The notes beneath the pieces were generated by a model. That model was not told the DNA's origin, ran no database searches, and saw only the letters and a program-made list of their open reading frames with translations. Source: the human T2T-CHM13v2.0 reference genome, Homo sapiens. From it: a DNA stretch of 64,000 bases. The stretch is from assembly GCF_009914755.1 (NCBI RefSeq), contig NC_060937.1; one strand, 5' to 3'. Position numbers and translations under genes: made by a program. Positions 27,392-41,778 of the stretch are shown here, in pieces. Each line of letters starts with the position of its first letter. Positions within the stretch are counted from its first letter, which is position 1.

Positions 27392-27421
27392 CACTAATGT
27401 GATCTGCCTCTCCCCCCACAG
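27392..27421 (+). promoter_or_regulatory. FAM124A: Branch point and 3' splice site of the FAM124A terminal exon
   Basis: cactaat branch-point motif, pyrimidine tract tctgcctctcccccca, cAG at 27419-27421; exon opens in phase 0 (GCA CAA AGG GTG). Confidence 0.85.
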
Positions 27422-28228
27422 GCACAAAGGGTGCATAAGAAGTTTCCTAAACCTGGCAGAGTACATCATGCCTCCGAGAAGAAACGTCATTCCACTCCTT
27501 TGCCGAGCACTGCTGTACCAAGCCATACACCTGGCAGCAGCCAGCAGTCCCCGCTCAACAGTCCTCACCCGGGGCCCATCCGGACAGGCCTGCCTCCTGG
27601 GCACCAGCAGGAATTTGCCGGACGAGCCAACAGCACCCCCAACCCTCCCTGGTCTTTCCAGAGAAGCAAGTCCTTGTTTTGTTTGCCCACGGGAGGCCCC
27701 TCCCTGGCCTCCTCAGCTGAACCACAGTGGTTTTCAAACACAGGTGCCCCAGGGCACAGGGCATCAGAGTGGAGGCATGGCCACCTCCTCTCCATCGATG
27801 ACCTAGAGGGGGCCCAGGAGACAGACGTGGACACAGGCCTGCGGCTGTCCTCATCGGACCTGTCTGTGGTCTCTGCATATTCTGCACCCAGTAGGTTCTG
27901 CAGCACAGTGGAGACACCCCTCCCCTCCGAAAGATGCAGCAGCCACTGGGCAGCTCACAAGGATTCCAGGGAGGGACCACTGCCCACTGTCAGCAGGGTG
28001 ACCACAGAGGCCTCCTGGGCTTCCCTCCCTTTCTTCACCAAAAGGTCTTCCAGCTCCTCAGCGACAGCTCGTGCTGCTCCCCCAGCTCCCAGCACCTCCA
28101 CCCTCACAGACTCCTCCCCACAGCTCCCATGCGATACCCCCAAAGTCAAGCAGACTGATGGAGACATGCCACCACCCCCAGGGTCGGCTGGCCCCGGGGA
28201 TAACGACATGGAGGAATTCTACATCTGA
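27422..28228 (+). CDS. FAM124A: FAM124A terminal coding exon (268 aa: AQRVHKKFPKPG...GDNDMEEFYI*)
   Basis: Longest ORF in the window (track 27431-28228), GC-rich, preceded by a canonical acceptor. The S/P/T-rich peptide with ETDVDTGL and C-terminal EEFYI matches my recollection of the human FAM124A C-terminal half. The track's GTG start is internal to the exon. Confidence 0.92.
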   Translation, partial: AQRVHKKFPKPGRVHHASEKKRHSTPLPSTAVPSHTPGSSQQSPLNSPHPGPIRTGLPPGHQQEFAGRANSTPNPPWSFQRSKSLFCLPTGGPSLASSAEPQWFSNTGAPGHRASEWRHGHLLSIDDLEGAQETDVDTGLRLSSSDLSVVSAYSAPSRFCSTVETPLPSERCSSHWAAHKDSREGPLPTVSRVTTEASWASLPFFTKRSSSSSATARAAPPAPSTSTLTDSSPQLPCDTPKVKQTDGDMPPPPGSAGPGDNDMEEFYI

Positions 28229-28429
28229 ATGCCCTCTGCTCTTGTTCTCGAAACACACAAACTCAGAGACACAGACTCAGGCCCCACTGCCCCTCTGGCC
28301 ACTGAGCACACCACATTCTTCATGATCCATTTCCCAGGAGCCCGTAGCACATTTGCCTACCACCCACTCTTAGCTGGGGGGTGGTATATCTCTAGAGACA
28401 CAGCAGAAAAATACTGGCATTTTTATGCA

Positions 28430-28435
28430 AATAAA
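28430..28435 (+). terminator. FAM124A: Proximal polyadenylation signal
   Basis: AATAAA about 200 nt after the stop, followed by U- and GU-rich sequence (tattttttg...tggtttagtgg). Confidence 0.65.
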
Positions 28436-29856
28436 TTCTCAACAAACTTGTCATAAAATATATTTTTTGAATATTCAGCATTTGAGGTATGGTTTAGTGG
28501 GTTTATACAATTTAAATGGCTTATATAATTATTTGAAATGAAAAGAAAACCTAGTCAGCCAGAACCAATTTGGCAATTTTTCCATGGTATGAAGGCAAAT
28601 CAATTAAGGCCAAAACGTTGAATGTGGGAGAGATAGTAAGTGACTTGTATGAGGGATTACTGCATAATAACGTAACGCACACCTTACTGGATTCTCCATA
28701 TATATTTACATTACCAGAGAACAGTGGCCCTAGGGATGTTTAAGCACTGCTTATAATGGAAAAAGTCAGCTTGAGAAGTAAACGTATATCAGACTACAGG
28801 TAATTCCTCATCTTGAAGCCATGCAACACCTGCAAATCTGGATTTATACAAAAGTTGCTAATGTGTTTCATAAAGATTTAGCATGAGTAACAGACTCTTG
28901 GTGCATTTAAAATATGTGAGTTCCAGAAAGTAGATTTGCATACACCTTTTCAACAGCACATTTCACTGGAATGGATGAGGGGCTTCTGAAGACCACTCCA
29001 CTACCTGAATTTATTTGGATCACTGAGGAAGAGCATTTGTTGGGATTACAGAATTATAGGCCATTAGACATCATGGGTAGGTAGTCTTAAGATCCTTCAA
29101 CTTTCAAAAACCACAGTCTAAGGACTATATTCAAATGACAAGAGCCGCACTGTATACTGCTTTCTGCAGTGACCATGCTGGGTCACGCATCCTATGTTTC
29201 TCATTTTTAAATGATTTGGAACATTTTAGCCAGCATTTTGATCACACAGATTAATAATGCTGTTCTCCCCAAAACGGGAAACTTTACCTGAAACGCTCTC
29301 CTGAACAAACACCAGTGCACTGCCAGCCTCACATGATTGCATGGGAGCTTTAATTAACGCTGGAGCCCAGCAACCTTGGCTTTTCCTGCCTGTTATCTGC
29401 TACTGTCACACCGTGAATGGTATTTGAATCTCACCTCCCTCTCACCTCAGTAAGAGTATGTTTGTTTACAGCCCCAACCTCAGCAATGCCAAAGGCTGGC
29501 ATCGGGGGCAGTGCCAAGCTGTCCCTGGATACTATTTACCTTTGAGGAAGAACAGCATGGGTTTGCCAAGCTCAATTCCCAGGCTGGTGCTCCTTGAATT
29601 AATCATGGCACAGTGTTCATCTCTCTGGAAATGCCCACGCCAGCCCAGACACAGCCTCAGAGTCCTTTCCAACACGACCCTCCAGGCAGCAGTTACCAAC
29701 CATCAGTCTTCAGCTGAAGCTTCAAGTCTTTGCCATCCTTGTAATGACAGCCTTAGGCCTTGCCCCAAGCATTCTGGACTCTCTAACACTCAGAATTGTA
29801 ATGTAATATTCTGCTCTAATTTAAATTTTTAAAAATATAGTCTCCTAATTCAGGAT

Positions 29857-30383
<527 letters not shown>

Positions 30384-30739
30384 AGCTAGGCTGCTGCCTG
30401 AGGTTGATTCAACATCCCAGCTCCAGTCAACAACAAAAATTCTAAGTCTCCCGCCTAATGCTGCTGTGGTGTGTCATGCCAAAAAAGTGGGCTACTCAGG
30501 TTAGACCAATGACTTCAGAACCACAGGGCTCAGAACAGGAAGGAGCTTCTTTCTGCAGAGCTGATTCCTGGAAAGCCACCAGCACTCCACCTTCTGCCCA
30601 GAAATGTGATTCAGTCAATAGCTGATGAGGAAAAGCAACCTGCAAACATTAGGAAGAAGGAGAAAAATAATTCAGAGGTGATGATACCACCTCCAATGAA
30701 CAGGGAAGCAAGTTCATCAGTAACAAAAGTCAGTGAGGC

Positions 30740-30767
<28 letters not shown>
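30740..30767. repeat. Poly(A)28 tract
   Basis: 28 consecutive A read directly; no adjacent Alu body. Confidence 0.95.
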
Positions 30768-30770
<3 letters not shown>

Positions 30771-31188
30771 TAATGGCCGAGGGCTGGCTCCTTCTTTCTC
30801 CCTAATCAGTGTCCTTATTTCAGTGTGCTCACATGCTCGCCTAGGACTGCTTTAGAGTACAACTCTGGACCCGCCCTCATCACAGTCCAATCTACCAAAC
30901 TGAGTGACCCTAAAGGACATCATAGACAACATTTGAAAGCAAGAAATGCAAAATGTTCCCATAGCATCAGGTGAGCAGGGAGAGGATGCCCACTGTAGAC
31001 CACATGGAAATGGCAGTCCCTCCACGGAGAGGGAATCACAGGAACACATTTACCAAAGCCTTCCCTTCCATTCCTGGCCATTCCAGTAGCATCTTCCTCA
31101 TCCAGAAGGGCTTCCAATACTCTCTGGAGGATCCTGACTCGTTTGGAGTATTATCCTTGTAAAAGATGCTGGCACATTGTAGGTGCTC

Positions 31189-31194
31189 AATAAA
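31189..31194 (+). terminator. FAM124A: Distal polyadenylation signal within an L2/MIR-type 3' tail
   Basis: ctggcacattgtaggtgctcAATAAAtg; upstream TGTA (CFIm) motifs at 31158 and 31178. Confidence 0.65.
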
Positions 31195-31856
31195 TGTGTT
31201 CAATTGAAAAATATTGAGGTTGTCTCATAAATTATATCTATGTATTAGGCTCTGTAGTGTAAGAAGTCTAGATTGTAGCCCTGGTTTTTTGTCGCTTAAT
31301 GGAACCGTGTCTCTTGTTTCCTTGGCCTTACGCTTCCTCCAGCATTGCCAGGGAGGGGATGTGTTGGTAAGTGCTCTGGTTGAGTTACATCCCATCCCTC
31401 ATTTGCCTCTTTTCCAAGTAAGATCCCCTCAACCCCAAATTACTGCTCACGGTCCCACTTTGGCCTACACTAAACACCACCTAGTGTCTGCTTTAAAGAG
31501 CAAATCTTTCTCTGTCTGTCCCCAACTCACCTGGCAAGTCCTACAGAAATCATCTTGGGTCACCTCAACTGGTTAAAAGGAGCATAAGAGGAACTGGTGG
31601 AAGCAGTGGGTGAGCCACTGCAGAGACTTTTGTGACATGGGAGGGTTGATGTGTGCTTGAATAAATTGGGTTTTAGTAGTGGCTGCTCCTTGAGCCTCCG
31701 GGTCTGAGGGCAGGGGAACAGTCACAGCAGAGTGAACTGGACTGTACCACCCAGTGCGTTCCCAGGTGAGACTACATGTTTACTTTACTTAGAATGAGCT
31801 CCCGGCCACAAATAAATCAGGAGAAACGCAGGTATCTTCCTACCTCCCTATTTTCC

Positions 31857-32157
31857 TTTTTTTTTTTTTTTTTTTTTTTGAGACAGGAAGGATATCACTG
31901 TCACCCAGGCTTAGTGCGGTGGCACAATCATGGCTTACTGCAGCCTCAACCTCCCAGGCTCAAGTGATCCACCCACCTCAGCTTTCTGAGTAGCTGGGAC
32001 TACACATGCACCACTATGCCCCACTAATTTTTTATTTTTTGTAGAGACAGTCTTGCTATGTTGCCCAGGCTGGTCTCAAACTCCTGGACTCTAACCCTCC
32101 TCCCACTGCAGCCTCCCAAAGTGCTGGGATTACAGGCATGAGACAGAGCGCCCGGCC
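31857..32157 (-). mobile_element. AluJ
   Basis: Antisense Alu with J features (aatcatggcttactgcagcctcaacctccc). Confidence 0.9.
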
Positions 32158-32834
32158 TATCTTTCTACTTTCTGTAGATGAATTAGTGCTCCAAACTGTC
32201 AGCCAAGAGGCATCTGAATAGATTCATTGAATTCCTGTAAGATTTTTAAGGGCAATAAAACCAACTGTGGACAGCTTCTCCCTCCTCATACCCTCAGACC
32301 GGTATCAGTGACCAGTTCTGACCAGTGATCCCTGGGTATGAATTTCAGGAGAGAAGTAGGAATAGCTGAATAGTCACCCTCTCCTTCTCCGCCCCAGGCC
32401 ACATGGCTCCATGTGCTCATCATTTGTAGGGTTCTGCTTCTCTTGCATTCCTGAGAAATACAATTGATCAGATACTACAGAGGCTTCAGAAAATAGCATG
32501 AGAAGCTGACATGAATAAATTGCGTTCTCAAGGGAAACACCTTTTGACACACTATTATTATAACAAATGGAACCACAAAGGGTCAGGAACCTGAATTTAA
32601 AGATTATATATAAGTACATTCTTCCACCTTTTACTGAAGGCTTTTTCTAGTCTTGGGCACAGAGGTCTATTTACAAAGTGGCTTTAAAAGATCTGATTTC
32701 CCTGAGTGAATAATGGAGGCAAACATGAATGGTAATGTCGGCAGGCTTGGGTCTTTTTAACAATTTCCATCTTAGAGGGCTGAGGACCCGTGTCCAGTGA
32801 TGTGCCCACTATAAGGAACAACACACTCATTTCA

Positions 32835-33284
<450 letters not shown>

Positions 33285-33544
33285 TCACCATGCCCCACTG
33301 CCCTGTTCTGGCTGGGAGTGGTCCATTTGAGACATTTGAAATATTGATCTTATCAATTGAGCACCTGAAAGAGGCTGCCTGACTCCCTTAGATCAGCCTT
33401 GCTCAGTCCCTAAAGCTAAACCCAGAGCATTTTGGATTGGAGTCACTCTGAATGTGTGTGGCACAGCCCAAGAACTGGCCGGCTAGCTAAACAGAAACGC
33501 TTTCAAGCCAAATCGCATCCCTGAAGGTGGCTGTGGGGAAGCTT

Positions 33545-33563
33545 TGGTGCCACCTGGTGGCCG
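33545..33563 (-). promoter_or_regulatory. Strong candidate CTCF site (reverse)
   Basis: Minus strand reads CGGCCACCAGGTGGCACCA, a near-perfect CTCF consensus in unique sequence 2.3 kb past the distal poly(A) signal. Confidence 0.75.
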
Positions 33564-33872
33564 CTGTGCCCGGGAGGGTCACTGAGTGCCCTTTTCATTG
33601 AAGAAGCCTCCACCTGGATGAACTTCACTTTATTATCCTGCATTTAATTTTTTAAGCTGTTTATGTCTACAAAGGATTGAGGCAATTTAATTTCCAAATG
33701 AAACAACACAATGCAAATAGTAAAGCAGGCCCCCAAAAAGGAGTCTACAACTATGTCCACCGTAAAGAAAAATGTAACTGCTACAGCAGTTTCCTGGAAT
33801 TTCCTGGAAGCCAGAGCGAAAAGGGAAAGAGATGAGTAGCTGTCTAGTTCTCATTTACGATTAAAGAATCTA

Positions 33873-34177
33873 GGCCAGGTGCGGTGTCTCACGCTTGTAA
33901 TCCCAGCACTTTGGGAGGCTGAGGCGGGTGGATCACGAGGTCAGGAGATAGAGACCACCCTGGCAACACAGTGAAACCCCGTCTCTACTAAAAATACAAA
34001 AAATTAGCCGGGCGTGATGGCGGGAGCCTGTCGTCCCAGCTACTCGGGAGGCTGAGGCAGGAGAATGGCTTGAACCCGGGAGACGGAGCTTGCAGTGAGT
34101 GAGCCGAGATCGTGCCACTGCACTCCAGCCTGAGCAACCGAGCGAGACTCCGTCTCAAAAAAAAAAAAAAAAAAAAA
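33873..34177 (+). mobile_element. AluY-like
   Basis: gaatggc, gagcttgcagtgag, many CpGs retained; TSD-like gaatcta on both sides. Confidence 0.92.
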
Positions 34178-35403
34178 GGAATCTAGAAACACTGTCTTCT
34201 TTCATTGTAATTTAAGTTTCCTCAACACAGTTCCTCAGAAAAAAACAAGTTTTTCTTAGCACAGATTTCTAAAATCTCTTTCTCACCAGGGGATTTTCAT
34301 TAGGGATTTTCTCTGTAGGGTTACTAATTTGGACCAAGTCTTGGGCTTTCTTGCTTGGGGGACAGAATCAGCAACAGCTGGAGGAGACAGCGCACCCACA
34401 GCTTGTGGGTGAGGCTCCCTAGACATCCTTCTCCGGCCGCACTGTGCAGCAAGGTGGAAATTTCTCTCAGCAGAAAGCCTAGAGGGCTGGGCTTCTCCAA
34501 TGCTCTTGAGGCCGTATCTGTAGAGTTTAGAAACAGAAGGGCCGATAATAAGGTTGCTTCCCTTTCTGAAGCTAACCTTGCCCCTGTTCAACCAAGGCCA
34601 GAAGCGTCTACTACCTCCCCAGGTTTCCTCATCACATAAGATGTGTCAGATCCTAATGAGGTAAGAAGCAAGAGGAGACTAAAGAGTAGGCTGGATTGAC
34701 TGCCGGGGGCGTAGCTCTTAGCAGTGGCCTGAAGACTGAAAATGCAGCCTGTCAGAACAGAGGAAACTGAGGTGCAGCGGGAGACTCCTCAACCTATTTC
34801 TACTCCAAGAGTTATGTTCCACTTCCTGCAAAATGAGCCTCCTGTGCCCGATATGAGCTAAATCACCTCATGCCAGGGCCTCTGAAATTCTCCTTGGCCA
34901 TAAAGCTCTGTGGCTGTCTGGGCCTGTGTTCATCACCCGAGCTGGTTCTGCACTCCTGCAGTGACCTCTTTGGTCATTTGGTCATTTCAGAGCTCACTGC
35001 CCCCTACCCCCACAATGGCTTCCCAGGAGTATTCCCTCTGGCCAGCTTTACCCTTGCTGGAAATGGTGAACTGGCTGCAGCTGTGGAGGTGAGCGCCTGG
35101 GAATCTGGCAGCAGGCTCAGGACTGTGACCTGACCACCTGTGGCCCACCCAGGGAATTCTGCATGGTCACATTCTGTTCACCTTTGCTCTCAAATTCAGT
35201 ACACACTGGAGCTTTCCATTTGGAGGACACTGGCTTTCCTTTCCCATCCTGCATGGGCCTGGCCTCTCTTGCACATTCAGCCACACTTTCCTGGGTGCTA
35301 GACCTGAATTTTCAGCTTCCTGCAATATACCCATGACTTGGGGTTTTCCTGTGCCACCAAATCCACGCCAAACCACCACACACACCCCTACACCAATAAG
35401 GAG

Positions 35404-35614
35404 CATCTCCATCTCCTCCATCTCCTCCTCCTCCTCCATCTCCTCCTCCTCCTCCATCTCCTCCTCCATCTCTCCTCCTTCTCCTCCTCCTCCATCTCCT
35501 CCTCCTCCATCTCCTCCTCCTCCTCCTCCTCCTCCTCCATCTCCTCCTCCTCCTCCTCCATCTCCTCCTCCTCCTCCATCTCCTCCTCCTCCTCCTCCAT
35601 CTCCTCCTCCTCCT
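35404..35614. repeat. (CCT)n / CCTCCATCT pyrimidine-rich repeat, about 210 bp
   Basis: Read directly; accounts for the overlapping low-complexity ORFs at 35167-35679. Confidence 0.97.
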
Positions 35615-35689
35615 GCTCCCCCCCCCACCTCGCCTTCTCTCTCATCATTCACATTCGAAAATGAAGAGTGAAGCACCAAGATAGCCCAA

Positions 35690-35820
35690 TGGAGAGAAGC
35701 AGGGCTTTGGGGTCACACGTATCGGACTTTGAATCCCACCCAGACTTGCTAGCTGTGTGACCCTAATCAAGCTATTCCATTTCTCACTCTTGGGTTCCTC
35801 ATTTGCAAAGTGGGAGGAGT
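35690..35820 (+). mobile_element. MIR (3' part resumes at about 36280-36350)
   Basis: tttgaatccc...gctagctgtgtgacc...ttcctcatttgcaaagtggg. Confidence 0.7.
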
Positions 35821-35905
35821 AGGGTGCAGTAAGTGAGGTACATGCCTCAGGGGCAAAACTTAAGAGGGTTCCCAAAACCTCATTCATTAAGATTAATATT
35901 ACTTT
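35821..35905. mobile_element. MER53-like hAT fragment
   Basis: agggtgcagtaagtgagg...gcctcaggggcaaaacttaagaggg...ccaaaacctca. Confidence 0.5.
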
Positions 35906-35906
35906 T

Positions 35907-36255
35907 GAACTCCTAGAAGTAAAAAGTAAAACAGAGGATACTAGAGGCTGGGAAGGTTAGGGGGAAAGGAGGGAAGGGGAGAGATTTGTTAGAGGACACG
36001 AAATTATAGCTAGACAGGAGGAATAAGTTCTAGTGTCCTGTATCACTGCAGGATGACTCTAGGTAACAATATTATGTAGTTTTAAATCACTAGGAGGGGG
36101 ATATTGAATGTTTCCCACACAAAGAAATGATAAATGTTTGAGATGACGGATATGTTAATTACTCTGATCACTATAGATTATAGGGATCCAAACATTACTA
36201 CGTACCCTATGATATGTACAATTATTTGTCAATTTAAAAATAAACTAAAAAAAGA
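35907..36255 (+). mobile_element. L1MA 3' end
   Basis: tagctagacaggaggaataagttctagtg...cccacacaaagaaatgataaatgtttgagatgacggatatg. Confidence 0.85.
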
Positions 36256-36479
36256 GATTATTAATAATAACATTTTAAGGAATGAAGCCTTCTTCATAGG
36301 GTCATTCTGAAGAATAAATGAGATCCAGAGGCAAAGTCTGGCACAATGAGCTGTCATTTCCAACTTTCATATTAGCAAAGGTTTTGAAGATAATGCTCCA
36401 TGATGTTTATTCATGGTTTTTAGCATGGGAAAGAACTGTAGCCATAGATATATCAGTAGCCTTAAAAATGCTTATGTCA

Positions 36480-36779
36480 GGTAGGGTGTGGTGGCTCACG
36501 CCTGTCATCCCAGCATTTTGGGAGGCTGAGGCAAGCCAATCGCTTGAGCCCAGGAGTTTGAGACCAGCCTGGGCAACATGGTGAGACTTCATCTCTACTA
36601 AAAATTAAAAAAAAAAAAAATTAGCCAGATGTGGTGGTGCATGCCTGTGGTCCCAGCTACTTGGGAGGCTGAGGTGAGAGGATCACCTGAGCCCCAGGAG
36701 GTCCAGGCTACAGTGAGCCTTGATCATGCCACTGCACTCTGGTCTGGGCAACAGAGTAAAACACTATCTTAAAAAAAAA
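36480..36779 (+). mobile_element. AluJ
   Basis: TSD aaaaatgcttatgtc on both flanks. Confidence 0.92.
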
Positions 36780-36789
36780 TGCTTATGTC

Positions 36790-37240
36790 TGATAATTTAG
36801 TTTCTGGGAGACTATCCCAAGGAAATTATCCAAAGCAGAGGTAAATACTTATACACTTGTTTGTCGCAGTACAATTTATAATAGCAAGCCATTGGGGAAC
36901 AACCTGAATGTGCAGTACATTCATAAGAAAGAAAAGTAAATGAGGTGCCCAGGAAATGGAATATTATACAACCATGACAAATAATGCTTCAAAGCATGTT
37001 TAATAACAAAGGGAAAGCTTGACATAACTTTAAGCTTTAAAACATCAGGATAGAATGTTAAATATAATAAAATGCCCTTGACCATGTAAGATACTGTAGA
37101 AAAAATAGATTGTAAAAAAGTGTGTCAAAGGAGGATGGCTTTTGCTTCTGGGTGGTAGAAGCATGGATGGTATCTCTTCTTTTTCATTTTCCTTTTTGAA
37201 CTTGACATCTTATATGATAAACATTTATTAATTTTATAAT
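36790..37240 (+). mobile_element. Highly diverged L1ME 3' fragment
   Basis: ctatcccaaggaaattatc, tttataatagcaa, atggaatattatacaacc. Confidence 0.55.
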
Positions 37241-37264
37241 TAAAAGGTAAAGATAATAAAACTG

Positions 37265-37557
<293 letters not shown>

Positions 37558-38189
37558 CTAGCCCCCTTTGAGTGTTCTGCACCTTCACATCACATCACAT
37601 CTGTCCCCTCCATCTCATTTGTCCTCTCCAGGTTTTGTGTGTTGTGTGTTTCTGCTCCTTCCTTTCCCTCCCACCCTAGTTACACAGGTGGGATAAACTA
37701 GTGGTTAGAGCAAGGGTCTTCTAATCCTTAACTTGAACAACTTCCTTAACCTTCTGTGACTCAGTCTCCTCATCTGTAAAGTGGGGACATTCTAATACTC
37801 CTCTAATACTCCACATCTCGGCATATTTGTCTTTATGGTACAGAAACTGCCCTCGTGGGCCACTGTGGGCTGGGACGGTAAGGATGTTGTCAGTAGCACC
37901 ACAAGAGAGCAGAGGCCCATCCCCATCATCACTTACTACATAATCCTTCTAGAGTCTACTGTGTCCCTATTCAGAGGAGGGGTCCCCAGTTATGATTACA
38001 ATGGAATTTTTCAATGACACACAGGATGATAGCTTCCAGTCAGAATTAATTTGGTTTAAAGAAAACGCAGAAGTATTTTTTACACCCCTGATTTTGTTGC
38101 CTGAGAGTCATGCCCTGTACCCATCATCATGATGAGCTGGGTTACCACTTTCCAAGGTTGTGGCCATAGATTCCCAACTATCTCCTGGC

Positions 38190-38730
38190 CCAGCATCAAT
38201 CTACTCCTGTCCATCTACACACAACTACCAATTATTTTTTAAAAGATCTTTGCACATCCTTCTGCTCAAGACCATCCCATGCCTCCCTCTTGCCGAGTAA
38301 AAAAGCCCTTTTCCCAGACACGCTCTGGAGGCCTTTGCTGCCTGGCCCCATCACCTTTGCTATCTCGGCACTCACTGTTACATGCTCCAGCCAAACGGGC
38401 TCTTAACTCTCCACCAAACATACCTTGGGCTCTCCCACCTTTGGGCCAAAGCTCAGATTATTCCTGTGACTCACCATCTCTGCCCATCAAACTCCTGCTG
38501 TCTACCAAAGCCCAGTGCAAACACTGCCTCTTTCAGAAAGCCTGCCCAGTTATCCCTGCCAGAGCACACGTCCTCCTGCTAAAATTCATGAGGTCATCCT
38601 TGACTAAGGACAAATCACAGGTTATTTAGACTTGTAGTGATTTAGGCATATGGCTTATCTACCCAGGCCAATTATAAACTAGTCCTTGGTCCAAAATAGG
38701 ACCTGGATAAATAAGATTTGAAGGAATGCA
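38190..38730 (+). mobile_element. L2 fragment
   Basis: ccttctgctcaagacc, ctccagcca, aaagcccagtgcaaacactgcctcttt, ending ttgaaggaatg. Confidence 0.55.
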
Positions 38731-40564
38731 TGTGTGAGTGCTTTATGTGCACAGGGCAGCCTCTCTGCTGCCAGCAGATGTGCTTTTCATGATAAACCCC
38801 ATTATCACATTCCTGTGTCAAGGCCCCTACCCTGATCAGGCTGCTTATTTCATGATATTCAAATGTCCTGGAGGGTCAACAGGGAGAAATCATGTGCACA
38901 GAGGAAAACACATGAGGCCATTACTGAGCCTGTTTGTGTCTACCTTAACCTCAGCCATTTACTCTGTTTTGGTTCTGATCCTATTTGTCTTCATCCTTCC
39001 AGGCTGAAGAGTCCTGACTTTTCAAGCCTGTCCATATGGACTTTTTCTCTCCCTCTTCCTCCCTTACCTCTTTTTAAATTTTAATTATTTTTTCCGGGCC
39101 TTTAAATGCCCTCATGATGTATTTCTGAGTCACTCTATCCACACTCTCGTATGGATCCAGTTGCATCTTGGTTCGGACCAAGAGCAGGGCAAGGTTGTTA
39201 CTTTGATCTCTGAAATGTTTCTTGTCTTTGCTAACATTAAGGCTAAACACTGAGGGCATTTGCTTACAGAACCTTTTCCCAAACTAGAATTTACCCTCAT
39301 TCCCCTACAGACATCCTACGTGTATATAGCTATTTTTAAACTTTTTACCCACAAAACTCTTGGCAAAAACACAAACTGAGTAGATTCCAAACCCAACTGG
39401 CTTGGAGCCACAGGTTTGAAAAGGAGCATTAGAATGGCTTGAATACGCCTGCTTGCTCTGTTTGAAGGTGAGAATTATAGCATTTCAAGATAGGGCCGGG
39501 AGTTCAGGTATTTGACCTATTTCTTTGCCTCAGACTGGAAATTGTTTTCATTGTCACTTTCCAATTTTTTCTCAGGATCAGTCTTCTGCACCTCTAAAGC
39601 CACATGTATAACATAAACCAACAGATGGGGTCCTCCGGGAGTGGGGCTGGGGCTGTGCACCGAGAATCTCTCTGAGAGTGGGAACCACTCCCTGGAGCTG
39701 CAGTTGCAGACTTTGTTATTTGCTTTGCATTTTCACCATATCCGTGCACTCACTGTGCAATTGTTTACTTCTTTTTAAAATCAAATGGAAACCAGCAGAC
39801 TCCCCGACACTAGGTTTCCTGGGAAGTGCAGTGCAATGGCCAGCATTTGGGAGCCAAAGGCTAACTGAGGAGGAGGGCGGTGGCTGGCCAGGTTCAAGGT
39901 GTGCAGCTACCTCTCTGTGCTCAAAGCTCTGGCCTTTCTTCTCAGTACATCCACTGCTTTGAGGCCACCTTCCTTGGAGGCTGGTCAGACCTCAGGGAGA
40001 TAGGCATGCCCCAATCTGTCCCAGGACAAGAGGCACCATGAGACCACCTGAAAGTATTCAGTGAAAAGCCTCCCTACAAGACAGTTGCCGCACGGGCTCG
40101 CTGGCAGCCATAGCCCAGTAGGAAAACATGTAAGTAAAGAAACAAACGGAGGAGAGAAGGTGACAGAATCTGTGAATTGGATCATGTTGCTATCCTGCTT
40201 AAAGTCCTTCAGCGCCTTACCATTGGCCTTGAACTAAAAATACAAATGTCTGTGCAGAGGCCACAAAGCCCTGCATGACCCAGCCCTTCCATCTACACCC
40301 AGCCTTGTCTCCCGCTGCCTCTGCTTTGCTCTCTATCTCCCAGTCTCACCAAACTTCTTGCATTTCATCAAACACTCTGCAAGACCTTTCCATGTGCAGT
40401 TCCCTCAGTCAGGGATGCCCTTCTCCTTTCTTTGCCCACAGCCACTTCTTATTCCTCCTGTCTCTGTTTCAATGCCATCTCTTCTAAAAGGCCTTCATTG
40501 ACCATCTATCTTTATCTGCGTACCTATCCATCTACCTACCCACAAGCATCCCTTCCCTCCATTC

Positions 40565-41228
<664 letters not shown>

Positions 41229-41670
41229 TAAATGTATATATTTGTATCTGGCATTATTTTTTATCTGACACCCTGACTACAGTACTTTTCATGACAGCAG
41301 AGGTTACCTGTAACTTATACACCATTGTCTTTCAGGGCCAGGCATCTAACCAATGCTTAATAGATATTTGTTGAAGGGATGAATGAAATGAATGATAAGC
41401 ATTGATCAGGTGTTTGTATAACTTTAGACCACAACTTTAGGGTACATGATTTTTCAGATTCCTTTGTTTCTATGGGAATATAAACATATACACATATATA
41501 GAGAGAGATCAAATGTTACCTCCCTAAGCACCCACCTGCCATTCCCATAATGAATTTGATCCCAGCCCTCATTGAGGTTCCCATACTCTCTCCAGGGATC
41601 ACATAATAACATGGGCTTATGTGGTCCTGGGAAATCGAGGAAGGGGCTGGCTGCTACCTGGTATCAGCCA

Positions 41671-41778
41671 TCAGGGCCACTGGAGTGGAACCCTGGTCCT
41701 GTGTGTGACAGGCTCTTTGCCCAAAGAAGGCTCAGAGAAGGCCTCATAGCTGTCTGTCCCTCTGCTGCCAAAATTCTC
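41671..41778 (-). other. Candidate exon B of a putative minus-strand transcript (ENFGSRG...VPLQWP*)
   Basis: Acceptor TTTTCCATTTCTGTGTTGTACCAG|GAG; TGA at 41673-41671; minus-strand AATAAA at 41183-41178. Splice-signal inference only. Confidence 0.3.

Noticed and set aside
27374-28325. Alternative-frame and antisense ORFs over the FAM124A exon
   Set aside because: Expected shadows of a GC-rich coding exon.
29458-29832. 124-aa ATG-initiated ORF in the FAM124A 3'UTR
   Set aside because: No recognisable homology or domain; Cys/Ser/Leu-rich composition typical of non-coding ORFs.
35167-35679. Overlapping Gly-, Pro/Ser-, Glu- and Leu-rich ORFs up to 170 aa
   Set aside because: Products of the stop-free (CCT)n repeat; no gene-like context.
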